A program made the translations under genes and the position numbers. Source: an uncultured Clostridia bacterium (GTDB taxonomy: Bacteria; Bacillota; Clostridia; Christensenellales; Borkfalkiaceae). From it: a stretch of DNA of 64,000 nt. The DNA lies in the NCBI GenBank assembly GCA_944343275.1, contig CALVMH010000003.1, positions 31,632 to 95,631 of the forward strand, in the 5' to 3' direction. Positions 1-10,009 of the stretch are shown piece after piece. The notes below the pieces were generated by a model. That model made no database searches. It was not told the DNA's origin and saw only the letters and a program-made list of their open reading frames with translations. Every line of letters begins with the position of its first letter. Within the stretch, counting starts at the first letter, position 1.

Positions 1-317
1 ACATCACCGTAACCGCCACCCGGCATAATGAGCACAAACGGCGCGCCGCCGCCGACGATAAACGCATATACGCCCGTATCTTTCCTTTTGAGCGGAGTGT
101 AAAAAAAGCTGCCGTCTTGGGCGCGGACACGCATTTTATTGAGCGCCTCAGCCGTATCCTGCGCATTTACGGGGTAAAACCACGCAAGATTTTTTATGGA
201 ATATACCTGCATCAACGCCGCAAACTGCCTGGGCGCTATCACGTATTTTTTGAAGGGCGCAAACTGCTTGCAGTGCCTTATGCTGTACAGCCGCGCGCAC
301 GGGGTAAATTGTTTCAT
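1..317 (-). CDS. alpha/beta-hydrolase (esterase-like), N-terminal part; gene runs off the left window edge
   Basis: Open minus-strand frame from ATG at 315-317 to position 1. It is absent from the ORF track because no stop lies in the window. Translation is MKQFTPCARLYS...GVYAFIVGGGAPFVLIMPGGGYGD, and the PGGGY motif is typical of esterase/lipase-type alpha/beta hydrolases. It starts 7 nt after the SGNH hydrolase stop. Confidence 0.45.
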   Translation of the reverse strand, partial: MKQFTPCARLYSIRHCKQFAPFKKYVIAPRQFAALMQVYSIKNLAWFYPVNAQDTAEALNKMRVRAQDGSFFYTPLKRKDTGVYAFIVGGGAPFVLIMPGGGYGD

Positions 318-324
318 GGCGGTC

Positions 325-1128
325 TTATTTTACAAACTCATACAGAGACTCTTCCATTTTCGGCGTCCACCATGCGAGATATCCCGCCTTGGTGGGGTGT
401 ATGGCGTCCGCCATGTACAGCAAACGCTGTTCGTCCGTGATGTCGTTGAACGCCTCGTCGGTATACAAATCGATCACGCCGATGCCGTATTCGGTCTGAA
501 TTTGCTTTAATGCCGCGACCATTGCGGCGTAATTTTCGCTCTCGTAATATGCGTTCGTATAGAACACGACGGGGCAGCCCCATGTATCGCGCACATAGGC
601 GATGATGTACTCTATCGCGCCGCAGACGGTGGACGTATCGTAATTTCCTGCGTCTTTTCCCGCAACTTCGCCCAAAGGCTCGCGTTTTGTCGCGTCGTTT
701 GTGGAGAGCTGCACGACAAAGAGGTCGAACTCCTCCGCCCGATCCATCCGCCTCATGCGGGCGGGATAGGAATTTTCGCCGTTATCGACGAGCGTCGTGC
801 CGCTGACCGCCTCTTTGCGATAGGTAAAGCCGTTGCGCGCGGCGAGATATTCCACCAAGGACGTGCCGAGCGAGGACGCGCCGTAGGTGACGGAGGAGCC
901 TAAAAAGGCGATACGTTTCCCCTTCAACGGACTCCCGTCAAGCGGCAGAACGTGCTCTGCGGCGTATTCTTCTCCATTTCCCGCAAGGCGGGAGAGACGT
1001 TTTTCCATAAGACCTCCGAACGGCGGGATGCCCCATAAGCTGCCCGCAACGAGCAGCCCTGCAAGGACTGCGGCGAGGAGAACGGCGGCAACGACGGAAA
1101 GGATGACTGCCCTTTTTCGCCCCGTCAT
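325..1128 (-). CDS. SGNH/GDSL-family hydrolase with N-terminal membrane anchor
   Basis: Block motifs FLGSSVTYG (Ser nucleophile), VVQLSTNDA and [10 protein letters not shown] (Asp-x-x-His). Start reset to ATG 1128 ([13 protein letters not shown]..., TM helix), which forms an ATGA overlap with the upstream symporter stop (1125-1127). Confidence 0.75.
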   Translation of the reverse strand: MTGRKRAVILSVVAAVLLAAVLAGLLVAGSLWGIPPFGGLMEKRLSRLAGNGEEYAAEHVLPLDGSPLKGKRIAFLGSSVTYGASSLGTSLVEYLAARNGFTYRKEAVSGTTLVDNGENSYPARMRRMDRAEEFDLFVVQLSTNDATKREPLGEVAGKDAGNYDTSTVCGAIEYIIAYVRDTWGCPVVFYTNAYYESENYAAMVAALKQIQTEYGIGVIDLYTDEAFNDITDEQRLLYMADAIHPTKAGYLAWWTPKMEESLYEFVK

Positions 1129-3011
1129 GCCTGCCCCTTCTTCCTTTCGTAAGCGGCGAGAGAGCTCTGGAACTTTTTGTAGAGCGCCTCCCCCTTTTCT
1201 TCCTCGACGCGCCATGCGGCGTCGTCCTTTGCCGCGCGCTCTGCCTGTCGTTTTTCCATGGCGGCGCGCTCCTCCCCGGTCATTGCGGCAAGTTTTGCGG
1301 CGCGCTTCTCTTCGGCGCGCTTCGCCTTCTCCTCTTCCTTTATCTTGGCAAGGCGCTCCTTTTCGGCTTGTTTTTCCTCTTTTATGCGCACTGCCTCGAT
1401 ATGCTTTTCAAGTTCGGTATTGTAGTCAAGCCCCTTCTTTTCACACCTTTCTTGAAGTTCTTTGCGGTAGGCCTCCTCGGCTTCGGCGTCCTGCTGCTTT
1501 TGCTCCTCGGCGGCGCGCACTTCGGGCTCCACCCACACTTTGCCCTTCGCCTCGCACTCCGCCTTCTGACGGGCGCGGATGACTTTCTGCTTGCGGGAGA
1601 TGGTCTTTTCCACGGTGAGGAAGATGAGGACGACGGCGAGCACGGCACTCGTGATGGTCTCCAACCCCACGAAGGAGAAGGTGATGACGTCTTTTACCGC
1701 CTGCGACTGCTCGTAGGCGACCGTCGCGCCGTCGATGATCTCGGGCGCCATGTAGCCGCTGCCCGCGAGCATGGCGTTGAAGACGGCGGTCGCAACGCCG
1801 ACGATGGCGACGGCGATGGTGTTGTACACGGACATTGCCGTGCCGTCGCAGCGGACGCCGCTCTTCCACTCGAGGTTGTCCAGTCCGTCGGCGAAGAGCG
1901 CCATGAAGATATACGAGCCGGGAAGTCCGCCCATGTTCTTGATGAACTGTCCGATGAGGACGATGACGAGGTTTTCGGGCGCCATCCAGCAGATGGCGGA
2001 ACCCACCACGATGAGGAGGCACCCCGCCACCGTCACGTTCTTTTTGCCGAACTTTTTGGCGAGCGGCCACACGGCGAAGATGCCGATGCCCATGGGGATG
2101 CCGCCGATGACGGACACGAGCATCTGCGTGATGCCGTCGTTGTACGTTCCCAACACGTTGTCGCAGTAGTAGACGAGCCCGAGATTTTTCAAAGAGGCCG
2201 CAAACGTCGAGATGAGGAAATAGACGTACATTAAGATCATGTACTTATCGGTGAACACGAGCTTGAGCTGCATGAGGAAGGAAATTTTGCGTTCCGCCGC
2301 CCCGCTCAACGTCTGCTCCTCGGTGACGCGCTCCTTGGTAAAATAGTATTCAAGCAGCGTGAGCGGAAGCGCGAGGATGGACAAAATGCCCATGACGAGG
2401 ATCCACCGCGACTGATAGACGTCCATCAGCGGGCGGATGACCATGGGGAAGATGAGCGCCACCAGAATGCCACTCATCATAATGGTCGCGATCTGGTTGA
2501 AGACGGACAGTCCGCCGCGCTGCGTGGTGTTGCGCGTGGAGAGCGGCACCATCAGATTGTGGCTCATGTTGTAGATGGTGTAGGCGAAGGAGTAGAACAA
2601 ATTATAGGACAGCATCACCCAGATGACCTGCACCGTAAGGCTCGCCTGCGGCACCACAAAGAGCAAAATACCCGTGATGCACATGAGGGGCGCCGACAAC
2701 AAAAGCCACGGGCGCGCCTTGCCCTGCTTTGTCTTGGTGCGGTCGATGATGTACCCCATGATAATATTGGTGATGGCGTCGATGATCTTGGAGATGAGCG
2801 GGAACACCACCAGAAACGCCCCGCCCCACACCATGGTGAGGTGCAGAACGTCGGTATAAAAGACGTTGAGGTAGGTGGCGAGCACCGCATTGAGAAGGAG
2901 CGCGCCGCACGGGCCTAAAAGATACCCCAGCCAACGCTCCTGACCCGTCACGTTCTGCGAACGCACTCTGCTGTTCCACACTCTTCCCGAGAGTGTTTTC
3001 ACGTTACTCAT
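1125..3011 (-). CDS. GPH-family (MelB/GusB-like) glycoside-pentoside-hexuronide:cation symporter with a long charged C-terminal tail
   Basis: About 12 TM segments with GPH-type N-terminus ([59 protein letters not shown]). Start set to ATG 3011, preceded by AAAGGGAGG. The final ~160 aa are Lys/Glu/Ala-rich. Confidence 0.8.
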   Translation of the reverse strand: MSNVKTLSGRVWNSRVRSQNVTGQERWLGYLLGPCGALLLNAVLATYLNVFYTDVLHLTMVWGGAFLVVFPLISKIIDAITNIIMGYIIDRTKTKQGKARPWLLLSAPLMCITGILLFVVPQASLTVQVIWVMLSYNLFYSFAYTIYNMSHNLMVPLSTRNTTQRGGLSVFNQIATIMMSGILVALIFPMVIRPLMDVYQSRWILVMGILSILALPLTLLEYYFTKERVTEEQTLSGAAERKISFLMQLKLVFTDKYMILMYVYFLISTFAASLKNLGLVYYCDNVLGTYNDGITQMLVSVIGGIPMGIGIFAVWPLAKKFGKKNVTVAGCLLIVVGSAICWMAPENLVIVLIGQFIKNMGGLPGSYIFMALFADGLDNLEWKSGVRCDGTAMSVYNTIAVAIVGVATAVFNAMLAGSGYMAPEIIDGATVAYEQSQAVKDVITFSFVGLETITSAVLAVVLIFLTVEKTISRKQKVIRARQKAECEAKGKVWVEPEVRAAEEQKQQDAEAEEAYRKELQERCEKKGLDYNTELEKHIEAVRIKEEKQAEKERLAKIKEEEKAKRAEEKRAAKLAAMTGEERAAMEKRQAERAAKDDAAWRVEEEKGEALYKKFQSSLAAYERKKGQA

Positions 3012-5460
3012 CGATCGTTCCTCCCTTTGTTTTATCGTTGTCCTTGGGCAGGGGCGGCACGGACGGTCCGCGCAGAAAGCACCCGATGCCCCTGAAAATG
3101 TGCCCGTTTGCAAGCTCCATAAAGCCCTGCGCGAAGTTGTACGGCATCGCCTCCCCCGCCGACATCGACATGGAGATGAGCGAATTGCTGTTGAGGATGC
3201 GCGCCAGAAAGTACGCGCCCTTTATTTTGTTGTCCCGTTCCTTGCCCTCGGGGAGCTTTTTTGCCGCCTTCATCTGTTTTTTGGCGACATTCAGCACGGC
3301 GGAATGCAAAATTTTCCCCATCAGCCCCGCGCGGGCAAGATAGGAAAACCGGCTCTCGAGCGTGATGGGCTTTTTTGCGGGCAGCGGCGGAATGCATTGC
3401 CCGCTCATCTGTTCAAATAATTCGTCGGAGACGTCAAAAGTCGCACCCGCATACGCTTTTAAGACTTCGGGCGAATAGGGCGCACCTTGCTCCCCCTTGA
3501 GGGTGAGCGCCTGTTCGAGGAGAACGGTCTCCGCGTCCGAACACAGCCGCAGCGCATATTCTCCGTCCGCGAGCGCCCATTCCCTTTGGGAAACGTCAAA
3601 ATAGCGCAGGTCGCTTTGGGAAAGCGTGAGGGTAACGCGCCGCGTCTCCCCTGCCGCAAGGCGCACCTTTTGAAAGGCTTTGAGCTCGTGCTCGGGCATA
3701 AAAACTGCACCCGCGGGCGCTTTTACATAGAGCTGCACCACTTCCGCGCCGCCGCGCGCGCCCGTGTTTTTCACAAGACAGGAGACGGAGACGTTCTCCC
3801 CTTCCGTCTGCACCTGCATATCCGACCAGACAAAGTTCGTGTACGAACACCCGTAGCCGAAGGGATAGCGCACTTGTTTCTTTGCCGTTGCGTAGTAGCG
3901 GTAGCCGACGAAGATGCTCTCTTTGTACACCTCGTTCTCGCTCTTTCCGAACGCCTCGCCGAAGGGCACGTCCTCATAGCGGAGCGGCCACGTCTCCGCG
4001 AGCCTGCCCGCGGGGTTTGCCCTTCCGAACAGCAAATTCGCGCACGCCCTGCCGCCGCTCTGTCCGGGCAGATACATGTTGAGAATAGCCCTCACCCCGT
4101 CTGCGAACGGCAGCTCCACGGGCGAGCCGCCGAACAGCACGACGACGACCTGTTTGCCCGCGTCTACGAGGGCGTCGATAAGTGCGAGCTGATTTTCAGG
4201 CAGGCGCATGGTTTCCCTGTCGCACCCCTCGCTCTCCACATAATCCGTAAGACCCGCAAAGACGAGCACTTTTTGGAACTTCTTTGCCCCGTCAAGCGCC
4301 TCATAAAGGAGCGCCCCGTCCGTCGAGGTGCTGTTTTCCGCATAGCCGCGGGCATACGCATAGCGGATGCCCATCGTATCGAACGCCGCTTTGGGCGACG
4401 TCAGTTTTGTAGGGGTGATCATGGAACTGCCCGCGCCCTGATAGCGCATCTTCTCAAACAGATCGCCGCAGACGAACAGGTCCTCTTTTTCGTCCAACGG
4501 AAGAATGCCGTCGTTTTTGAGAAGCACGGCGCAGTCCTCGGCGATCTTACAGGCAAGCGCATCGTTTTCCTCAAAATCGCAGTCGTCGGGCTGCTGCCGC
4601 ACATACTTCTCCACGAGCGTCAAAACGTTTTTGACGGCTTCGTCCAGAACTTCCATGGGGAGCGTGCCGTCCTTCACCCCGTCCAAGACCCACTTGCGGC
4701 AGATGGCGGTATCGCCCGGCATTTCCAGATCGAGCCCCGCCTTCAAGCCCGCAAGACGGTCGTGCGTGGCGCCCCAATCGGTCATGACCAAGCCGTCAAA
4801 CCCCCATTCCTTGCGGAGAACGTCCGTTAAAAGCCACCTGTTCTGACTGCAATATTCCCCGTTGATGCAGTTATAGGCGCACATCATCGCGGCGGGACGG
4901 CTTTCCCTGACGACGATCTCAAACACTTTGAGATAGATCTCGCGGATGGCGCGCTCATCGGCAATGCTGTTGCCCATGAAGCGGAAGGTTTCCGTGTTGT
5001 TGAGCGCAAAATGCTTGACGCAGGCGCCCACGCCTTCGCTCCGGATGCCCCTGACTTCCGCCGCCGCCATCTTGCCCGCAAGATAAGGGTCTTCGGAAAA
5101 GTATTCGAAATTGCGCCCCGCCGTGGGGTTGCGCTTGATGTTCGCCCCCGGACCCAAAACGACGTGGACACCGTATTTGTGCGCTTCTTTGCCGATCGCC
5201 GCGCCGATTTGATAAGCATTTTCAAGGTCCCATCCGGAAGCGACGGTCGCCGCCGTGGGGAAAGAAGTAGCGGGCAGACTTCCCGTTACGCCGTTATCGC
5301 CCCCTTCCGTCTGAACGCGCAATCCGTGCGGCCCGTCCGACATGCGCAGCGACGGGACCCCCAGCCTCGGCACGGGGTTGGTGTACATAAAGTCCGTTCC
5401 CGCAACGAGCGCCGCCTTTTCCTCTATGGTCAGTTCCGACAGCAAACGCCGTATCTCCAT
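3004..5460 (-). CDS. glycoside hydrolase family 3 beta-glucosidase (BglX-like)
   Basis: GH3 motifs [32 protein letters not shown] and GLVMTDWGA (nucleophile Asp), followed by a C-terminal Fn3-like region. Start set to ATG 5460 ([19 protein letters not shown]), downstream of AAGGAG. It overlaps the symporter start by 8 nt. Confidence 0.9.
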   Translation of the reverse strand: MEIRRLLSELTIEEKAALVAGTDFMYTNPVPRLGVPSLRMSDGPHGLRVQTEGGDNGVTGSLPATSFPTAATVASGWDLENAYQIGAAIGKEAHKYGVHVVLGPGANIKRNPTAGRNFEYFSEDPYLAGKMAAAEVRGIRSEGVGACVKHFALNNTETFRFMGNSIADERAIREIYLKVFEIVVRESRPAAMMCAYNCINGEYCSQNRWLLTDVLRKEWGFDGLVMTDWGATHDRLAGLKAGLDLEMPGDTAICRKWVLDGVKDGTLPMEVLDEAVKNVLTLVEKYVRQQPDDCDFEENDALACKIAEDCAVLLKNDGILPLDEKEDLFVCGDLFEKMRYQGAGSSMITPTKLTSPKAAFDTMGIRYAYARGYAENSTSTDGALLYEALDGAKKFQKVLVFAGLTDYVESEGCDRETMRLPENQLALIDALVDAGKQVVVVLFGGSPVELPFADGVRAILNMYLPGQSGGRACANLLFGRANPAGRLAETWPLRYEDVPFGEAFGKSENEVYKESIFVGYRYYATAKKQVRYPFGYGCSYTNFVWSDMQVQTEGENVSVSCLVKNTGARGGAEVVQLYVKAPAGAVFMPEHELKAFQKVRLAAGETRRVTLTLSQSDLRYFDVSQREWALADGEYALRLCSDAETVLLEQALTLKGEQGAPYSPEVLKAYAGATFDVSDELFEQMSGQCIPPLPAKKPITLESRFSYLARAGLMGKILHSAVLNVAKKQMKAAKKLPEGKERDNKIKGAYFLARILNSNSLISMSMSAGEAMPYNFAQGFMELANGHIFRGIGCFLRGPSVPPLPKDNDKTKGGTIDE

Positions 5461-5522
5461 CCGACAAGAAACTCCTTGTGAGATTTTCACAAAAATTATA
5501 TAGCATTTATCAGCAATAAGTC

Positions 5523-5551
5523 TTGCATTTTTGTTTTATATTCGTTATAAT
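5523..5551 (+). promoter_or_regulatory. sigma-A-type promoter for the AraC-family gene
   Basis: TTGCAT (5523-5528), 17-nt spacer, TATAAT (5546-5551). The GGAGG RBS and ATG 5577 follow. Confidence 0.5.
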
Positions 5552-5576
5552 TGTTTTGACTTTGGAGGAAACGACC

Positions 5577-6785
5577 ATGCAAAATCTCGATTACGCCTAC
5601 CTGTGCACCGTGATCGGCAACCTGACGGGGGTCCCCATCCGCATCTTCCGCGGCGAAAAACAGGTTTTTTACCATGCCCTTGTCCGTTTGCCCAAGGACC
5701 CCATGACTGCCTTCCGGAAGGATATTCTGGCGATCGGCGCGCATATCGGATACTATATCACGCCGCATTTCCACTCCTACGGGATCGTCGGCGACGGGGA
5801 ATACAAGCTCGTCATCGGACCCTCCATCCAGACCGCGAGCAGCGAACAGACACTGCGGGAACTTGCTTTCAACTGCGATGTGCCGCCCGACGAAACTGCC
5901 GATTTTATGACCGGCATGAAAGGCATCGTTCCCATGCCCCTTGAAAGCATCCTGCAGATCCTGTGCGCCATGAATTACATCATGAACGGCGAAAAGCTCG
6001 GCCTTAGCGACATCATCCTTTACGACGCGGCGCAGCGGGACATGCGGACGGCGTTGGAACAGGAACGCGCAAAATCGGACCTGGACGCAGACCCCGCCGC
6101 GGTCGGGGAAGGGCAGAACGTTCATAACACCCTTGCGCTGGAACAGACGATCGTGAACTTTGTCCGCCGCGGCGACACCGCCGCCCTGAAAGAGTGGATC
6201 GCCGATGCGCCCGCCGTCCGCAGCGGCGTCCTTGCCGCAGATCAGCTGCGTCAGATCAAAAATACGTTTATCGTGACCGCCACCCTCGTCTCGCGCGCAG
6301 CCATCCGCGGCGGCATGGACGTCAACGACGCGCTCACGCTCAGCGATTCCTATATCCGGCGGTGCGAACTGCTCACAGGGCTTTCGGAGATCGCCAACCT
6401 GCAATATTGCATGGTGTTCGATTATGCGGAGCAGGTGGAAAAACTCCGCCACGGAAGCGCCCCCACAAAGCTCGTTCTGGACGTCACGAACTATGTTCAC
6501 CACCATCTTTCGGAGCGCATCACCACCCAAGAGATCGCGGCGGCGCTCTTTCTGAGCCGCTCCCGCCTGTCCGTCCGCTTCCGCCGGGAAGCGGGCGAGA
6601 ACCTCATCGATTTCATCCTGAAAGAAAAGACGGAGGAGGCAAAGCGGCTGCTGCGTTACAGCGATAAATCCGCCGCGGCGATCGCCGCCTATCTCGGCTT
6701 TTCGTCGCAGAGCCACTTTTCCCGCGTGTTCAAAAAATATGCGGACTGCCTGCCGGGCGAATACAGAAAGCGCACCGCCCCGTAA
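5577..6785 (+). CDS. AraC-family transcriptional regulator
   Basis: C-terminal double HTH typical of AraC/XylS (ITTQEIAAALFLSRSRLSVRFRREAGENLIDFILKEKTEEAKRLLRYSDKSAAAIAAYLGFSSQSHFSRVFKK). It is divergent from the GH3 operon. Start ATG 5577 follows GGAGG. Confidence 0.85.
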   Translation: MQNLDYAYLCTVIGNLTGVPIRIFRGEKQVFYHALVRLPKDPMTAFRKDILAIGAHIGYYITPHFHSYGIVGDGEYKLVIGPSIQTASSEQTLRELAFNCDVPPDETADFMTGMKGIVPMPLESILQILCAMNYIMNGEKLGLSDIILYDAAQRDMRTALEQERAKSDLDADPAAVGEGQNVHNTLALEQTIVNFVRRGDTAALKEWIADAPAVRSGVLAADQLRQIKNTFIVTATLVSRAAIRGGMDVNDALTLSDSYIRRCELLTGLSEIANLQYCMVFDYAEQVEKLRHGSAPTKLVLDVTNYVHHHLSERITTQEIAAALFLSRSRLSVRFRREAGENLIDFILKEKTEEAKRLLRYSDKSAAAIAAYLGFSSQSHFSRVFKKYADCLPGEYRKRTAP

Positions 6786-6834
6786 GGCGGCGCGTTTTTC
6801 CACGGCGGGCGTCACGCGCCCCGATCCCGCACTA

Positions 6835-6866
6835 CGCAAACAGGGCGCCGAAGCGCCCTGTTTGCG
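6835..6866. terminator. 14-bp GC-rich hairpin between the AraC stop and the tRNA 3' end
   Basis: CGCAAACAGGGCGC-CGAA-GCGCCCUGUUUGCG. It abuts the tRNA-Leu 3' end (6867). No long U tract on either strand, so terminator function is inferred. Confidence 0.5.
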
Positions 6867-6953
6867 TGGTGCGAGTAATCGGATTTGAACCGATACGGTG
6901 TCGCCACCGAGGGATTTTAAGTCCCTTGCGTCTGCCTGTTTCGCCATACTCGC
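6867..6953 (-). tRNA. tRNA-Leu (anticodon UAA), class II with long variable arm, CCA encoded
   Basis: Reverse complement reads GCGAGUAUGGCGAAACAGGCAGACGCAAGGGACUUAAAAUCCCUCGGUGGCGACACCGUAUCGGUUCAAAUCCGAUUACUCGCACCA. Acceptor stem is GCGAGUA/UACUCGC, anticodon stem-loop is AGGGA-CUUAAAA-UCCCU, and the T-loop is GGUUCAAAUCC. Confidence 0.9.
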
Positions 6954-6983
6954 ACGGTTTCGTCCCACGGAAGGAACGGGAAA

Positions 6984-7012
6984 ATTATAACAAATCGGGA
7001 AGCAGATGTCAA
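6984..7012 (-). promoter_or_regulatory. consensus sigma-A promoter driving tRNA-Leu
   Basis: On the minus strand: TTGACA (7012-7007), 17-nt spacer, TATAAT (6989-6984), about 30 nt upstream of the tRNA 5' end. Confidence 0.65.
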
Positions 7013-7143
7013 GCGCGTTTCGAGGGAGGGCTTGCGAATGCGAAAAAATCCGCCCGCGCCGAGGGGGTGAAATTGTCATGCTTTTTTATGATTTTCCCGC
7101 GCGAACGTTTGCCTTCGCCCGCAAGATCCTGTATAATAGATGC

Positions 7144-7731
7144 ATGGAGAAGCACCCTTTCCGAGAAGAACACGGCGCGCAGGACGCCCGCGACGCGGCA
7201 GAAGCGCCGCCGCAGACCCGGACGGCGGCAGCCACACCGACGCGCCGCGCACAGTTCATACAATTTTTGAAATTTACGGGATTTTCCCTCTCTGCGGGGG
7301 TCATTCAGCTCGTTTCGGACGGCATTTTATGCGATTGGACAGGCTGGCTTCCGTGGTGGCCCGCCTATCTCATCAGCGTGCTCTTGTCCGTCGTCTGGAA
7401 CTTCACGTTCAACCGCAAGTTCACCTTCCGCGCCGCCAACAACGTCCCGATGGCAATGGCGCTGGTCGCGCTCTATTACTGCGCGTTCATCCCCGTTTCG
7501 GTGCTGGGCGGCGACGCCATCGCCGCGCGGCTTCCCGCAAATCTGGGACTGCTGGTCACCTTCATGATGATGGTGCTGAACTTCGTAACGGAATTTCTCT
7601 GGGACAAGTTCGTCGTCTTCAATGCGAACGTCACGGAAAAGCTCGTGCGCGTCTTCTCCCGCCGCCGCACGGAACAGGCGCCGACCGCCTCCCCCGAACA
7701 GGAAGCGCCAACGGACGCCTCCGAACAATGA
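7144..7731 (+). CDS. GtrA-family membrane protein
   Basis: FIQFLKFTGFSLSAGVIQLVSDG...WNFTFNRKFTFR, with four TM segments typical of GtrA-like proteins. Start set to ATG 7144, which lies only 6 nt after a TATAAT, so the mRNA may be leaderless. Confidence 0.7.
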   Translation: MEKHPFREEHGAQDARDAAEAPPQTRTAAATPTRRAQFIQFLKFTGFSLSAGVIQLVSDGILCDWTGWLPWWPAYLISVLLSVVWNFTFNRKFTFRAANNVPMAMALVALYYCAFIPVSVLGGDAIAARLPANLGLLVTFMMMVLNFVTEFLWDKFVVFNANVTEKLVRVFSRRRTEQAPTASPEQEAPTDASEQ

Positions 7732-7732
7732 T

Positions 7733-7774
7733 AAACGCCGCGCCGAGGCTGCAGCCTCGGCGCGGCGTTTTTTC
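7733..7774. terminator. intrinsic terminator between convergent gtrA-like and EF-G-like genes
   Basis: ACGCCGCGCCGAGGC-UGCA-GCCUCGGCGCGGCGU followed by UUUUUU on the plus strand. Confidence 0.8.
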
Positions 7775-7782
7775 AGACCTTT

Positions 7783-9831
7783 CTATTTTGCCGCGAGCAA
7801 GGTTTGCAGCACGAAGTCGGGCGCCTGTTCATAACGCGCAAAGCTCTCCGTGAATTTCCCCCTGCCCTGCGTCATGGAGCGCAGCGCGGTGGCATACGTC
7901 AGCAGTTCTCCCTGCGGCGCCTCCGCCGTGATGACCTGCATGCCGTCCTGCGCGTCCATGCCGATGATGCGCCCGCGGCGCTTGTTGAGATCGCCCAGGA
8001 TGTCGCCGACATACTGTTCGGGCACGGCGATCTTCAAGTGCGAAAGCGGTTCCAGCAGCACGGGGGACGCCTGACGGATGCCCTCCTTGAAGGCGATCTC
8101 CGCCGCCGCCTTGAACGCGGCTTCCGAGGAATCGACGGGGTGGAAGCTGCCGTCGTAGAGCGTAGCCCGGACGCGGATGACGGGATAGCCCGCCAGCACG
8201 CCGTGCGGAAGGCACTCCATAAGCCCCTTTTCGACGGCGGGGATATACTGTTTGGGCACGGTGCCGCCCACCACTTCGTCGACGAACTCGAAGTCCTTTT
8301 CGCACGGTTCAAAGCGGATCTTACAGTGTCCGTACTGCCCGTGTCCGCCCGTCTGCTTCTTGTGCTTGCCCTCGACGTCCGATTTTGCGCGGATGGTCTC
8401 CTTATAGGCAACGGCGGGGGTGCGGAATTCGGCATCCGCGCCGAACTTGGATTTGAGTTTTTTGCGGATGACGTCGAGATGCACCTCGCCCTGCCCGCCG
8501 ACAAGCGTCTCGCCCGTGTCGGGATTTTTTGTGACGGTGAAGCTCTTGTCCTCTTCGAGAAGGCGGTTGAGACCGCCGAACACCTTGTCCTCCGTACCGC
8601 GCACGGCGGCGTACACCGCCATGAAAAGAACGGGCTTATGGAAGGGAATGGGGTCGAATCTGACGGGCGCCGCCTCGTCGCACAGCGTGTCCCCCGTGCC
8701 CGTGTTCACAAGTTTTCCGACGGCGCCGATGTCCCCTGCGCCGAGCTCGGAAAGCGGTTCGAGCTTTTTGCCGCGGATGAGATAGACGGCGCTGATGCGC
8801 TCCACCGTATCCGTGTTGGGGTTCAAAACGCTCATGCCGGGCTTCAGCGTGCCGCGCACGACGCGCAGATAGTTCATCTTCCCCACGAAGGGGTCGACCG
8901 CCGTCTTGAAGACCTGCGCGGCGAAGGGTCCCTCCTGCGTGCAGGGAATGCCGACCACCGTCCCCTTGGTAAGGTCGGTGGCGGGCTGCGCGGCGCGTTC
9001 CGCCGCTTCGGGGAGATACTTCACGATCTCGTTCATGAGGTTGATGACGCCCTTGTTTTGCAGGGCGCTCCCCGCCATGACGGGGATGATGTTGATGTTG
9101 AAAATGCCCTTGCGGATGCCGTGGATCATGTCCTCCCGCGATAAAAATCCCTGTTCGAAATATTTTTCGAGCAGAACATCGTCGTTCTCCGCAGCCGTCT
9201 CCATGAGGGCGAGCTGCATTTCCTCATAGTCGCGGCGGTATTCTTCCGGAACGGAAATCTCTTCGGGTCCCGTCTGCGTAAAGTGATAAGCCTTCCCCGT
9301 CAGCGCATTGGCGTTGCCCGTCATTTTTTTGCCGTCCATGATGGGGATCTGGATGGGCGCGAGCTTGTTTTTGTACTTTTCGCGCAGTGCCGCGATGGTG
9401 GCGGGATAGTCGGCATTCTCCTTGTCCATGCCGTTGATGAAGATGATGACGGGTTTTTTGGCTTTCAGGCACAGATCGAGCGCCTTTTCCGTTCCCACCG
9501 TCACCGTGCCGTTCGCCCCCGTGACGACGATCGCCGCGCCGCAGGCGCGCAATGCCTCCGACAGCTCCCCTTCGAAGTCATAGAAGCCCGGGACGTCCAA
9601 AAGATTGATCTTGACATCCTTCCATGTCAGCGACGCGACGGAGAGCGAAATGCTCATCTTGCGGGCGATCTCCTGCTCGTCGAAATCGGAGACGGTCGTG
9701 CCGTTCTCCACCCTGCCCATGCGTTCGATGACGCCGCCGTTGAAGAGCATTGCCTCACACAGCGTGGTCTTGCCCTCGCCGCCGTGTCCGATGACGGCGA
9801 CGTTGCGGATATTTTTTGCCGAAATACTCAT
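7783..9831 (-). CDS. elongation factor G paralogue (EF-G-like translational GTPase)
   Basis: Full EF-G architecture: G domain GHGGEGKTT and DVPG, domain IV/V motifs HKKQTGGHGQYGH and GYPV..V.ATLYDGSFHPVDSSE. It is not in an rpsL-rpsG-fusA-tuf context. Start ATG 9831 (MSISAKNIRNVAVIGHG). Confidence 0.85.
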   Translation of the reverse strand: MSISAKNIRNVAVIGHGGEGKTTLCEAMLFNGGVIERMGRVENGTTVSDFDEQEIARKMSISLSVASLTWKDVKINLLDVPGFYDFEGELSEALRACGAAIVVTGANGTVTVGTEKALDLCLKAKKPVIIFINGMDKENADYPATIAALREKYKNKLAPIQIPIMDGKKMTGNANALTGKAYHFTQTGPEEISVPEEYRRDYEEMQLALMETAAENDDVLLEKYFEQGFLSREDMIHGIRKGIFNINIIPVMAGSALQNKGVINLMNEIVKYLPEAAERAAQPATDLTKGTVVGIPCTQEGPFAAQVFKTAVDPFVGKMNYLRVVRGTLKPGMSVLNPNTDTVERISAVYLIRGKKLEPLSELGAGDIGAVGKLVNTGTGDTLCDEAAPVRFDPIPFHKPVLFMAVYAAVRGTEDKVFGGLNRLLEEDKSFTVTKNPDTGETLVGGQGEVHLDVIRKKLKSKFGADAEFRTPAVAYKETIRAKSDVEGKHKKQTGGHGQYGHCKIRFEPCEKDFEFVDEVVGGTVPKQYIPAVEKGLMECLPHGVLAGYPVIRVRATLYDGSFHPVDSSEAAFKAAAEIAFKEGIRQASPVLLEPLSHLKIAVPEQYVGDILGDLNKRRGRIIGMDAQDGMQVITAEAPQGELLTYATALRSMTQGRGKFTESFARYEQAPDFVLQTLLAAK

Positions 9832-9896
9832 ATCTGACCCCTTACCGGAATTTGCAGCCGCGAAAAGAATGTGCATTTCTGACAGCCGCTGTTTCC

Positions 9897-9924
9897 ATTA
9901 TACAGGAAATACGGAAAAAATCAA
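9897..9924 (-). promoter_or_regulatory. sigma-A-type promoter for the EF-G-like gene
   Basis: Minus strand: TTGATT (9924-9919), 16-nt spacer, TATAAT (9902-9897). Confidence 0.5.
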
Positions 9925-9956
9925 GACCCGCAGCAAAAATAATTTCCCCGAATCGC

Positions 9957-9998
9957 AAAAAAACGCGCTGCGGGCGTCCCGATGACGCCCGCAGCGCA
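9957..9998 (-). terminator. intrinsic terminator after the RNase G gene
   Basis: Minus strand: GCGCUGCGGGCGUC-AUCGG-GACGCCCGCAGCGC followed by GUUUUUUUG. Confidence 0.8.
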
Positions 9999-10009
9999 CA
10001 TTTCTGAGT

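Noticed and set aside
5496-7079. Very long ORFs antisense to, or out of frame with, recognised genes. Examples: 5496-7079 (527 aa), 13296-14861 (521 aa), 16558-18048 (496 aa), 23649-26036 (795 aa), 37887-40271 (794 aa), 39968-41335 (455 aa) and 47970-50516 (848 aa).
   Set aside because: Their translations are Arg/Gly/His/Pro-rich and low-complexity. They have no recognisable motifs or RBS. Each one overlaps a gene with clear family signatures on the other strand or in another frame. This is the expected artefact of GC-rich DNA, where stop codons are rare.
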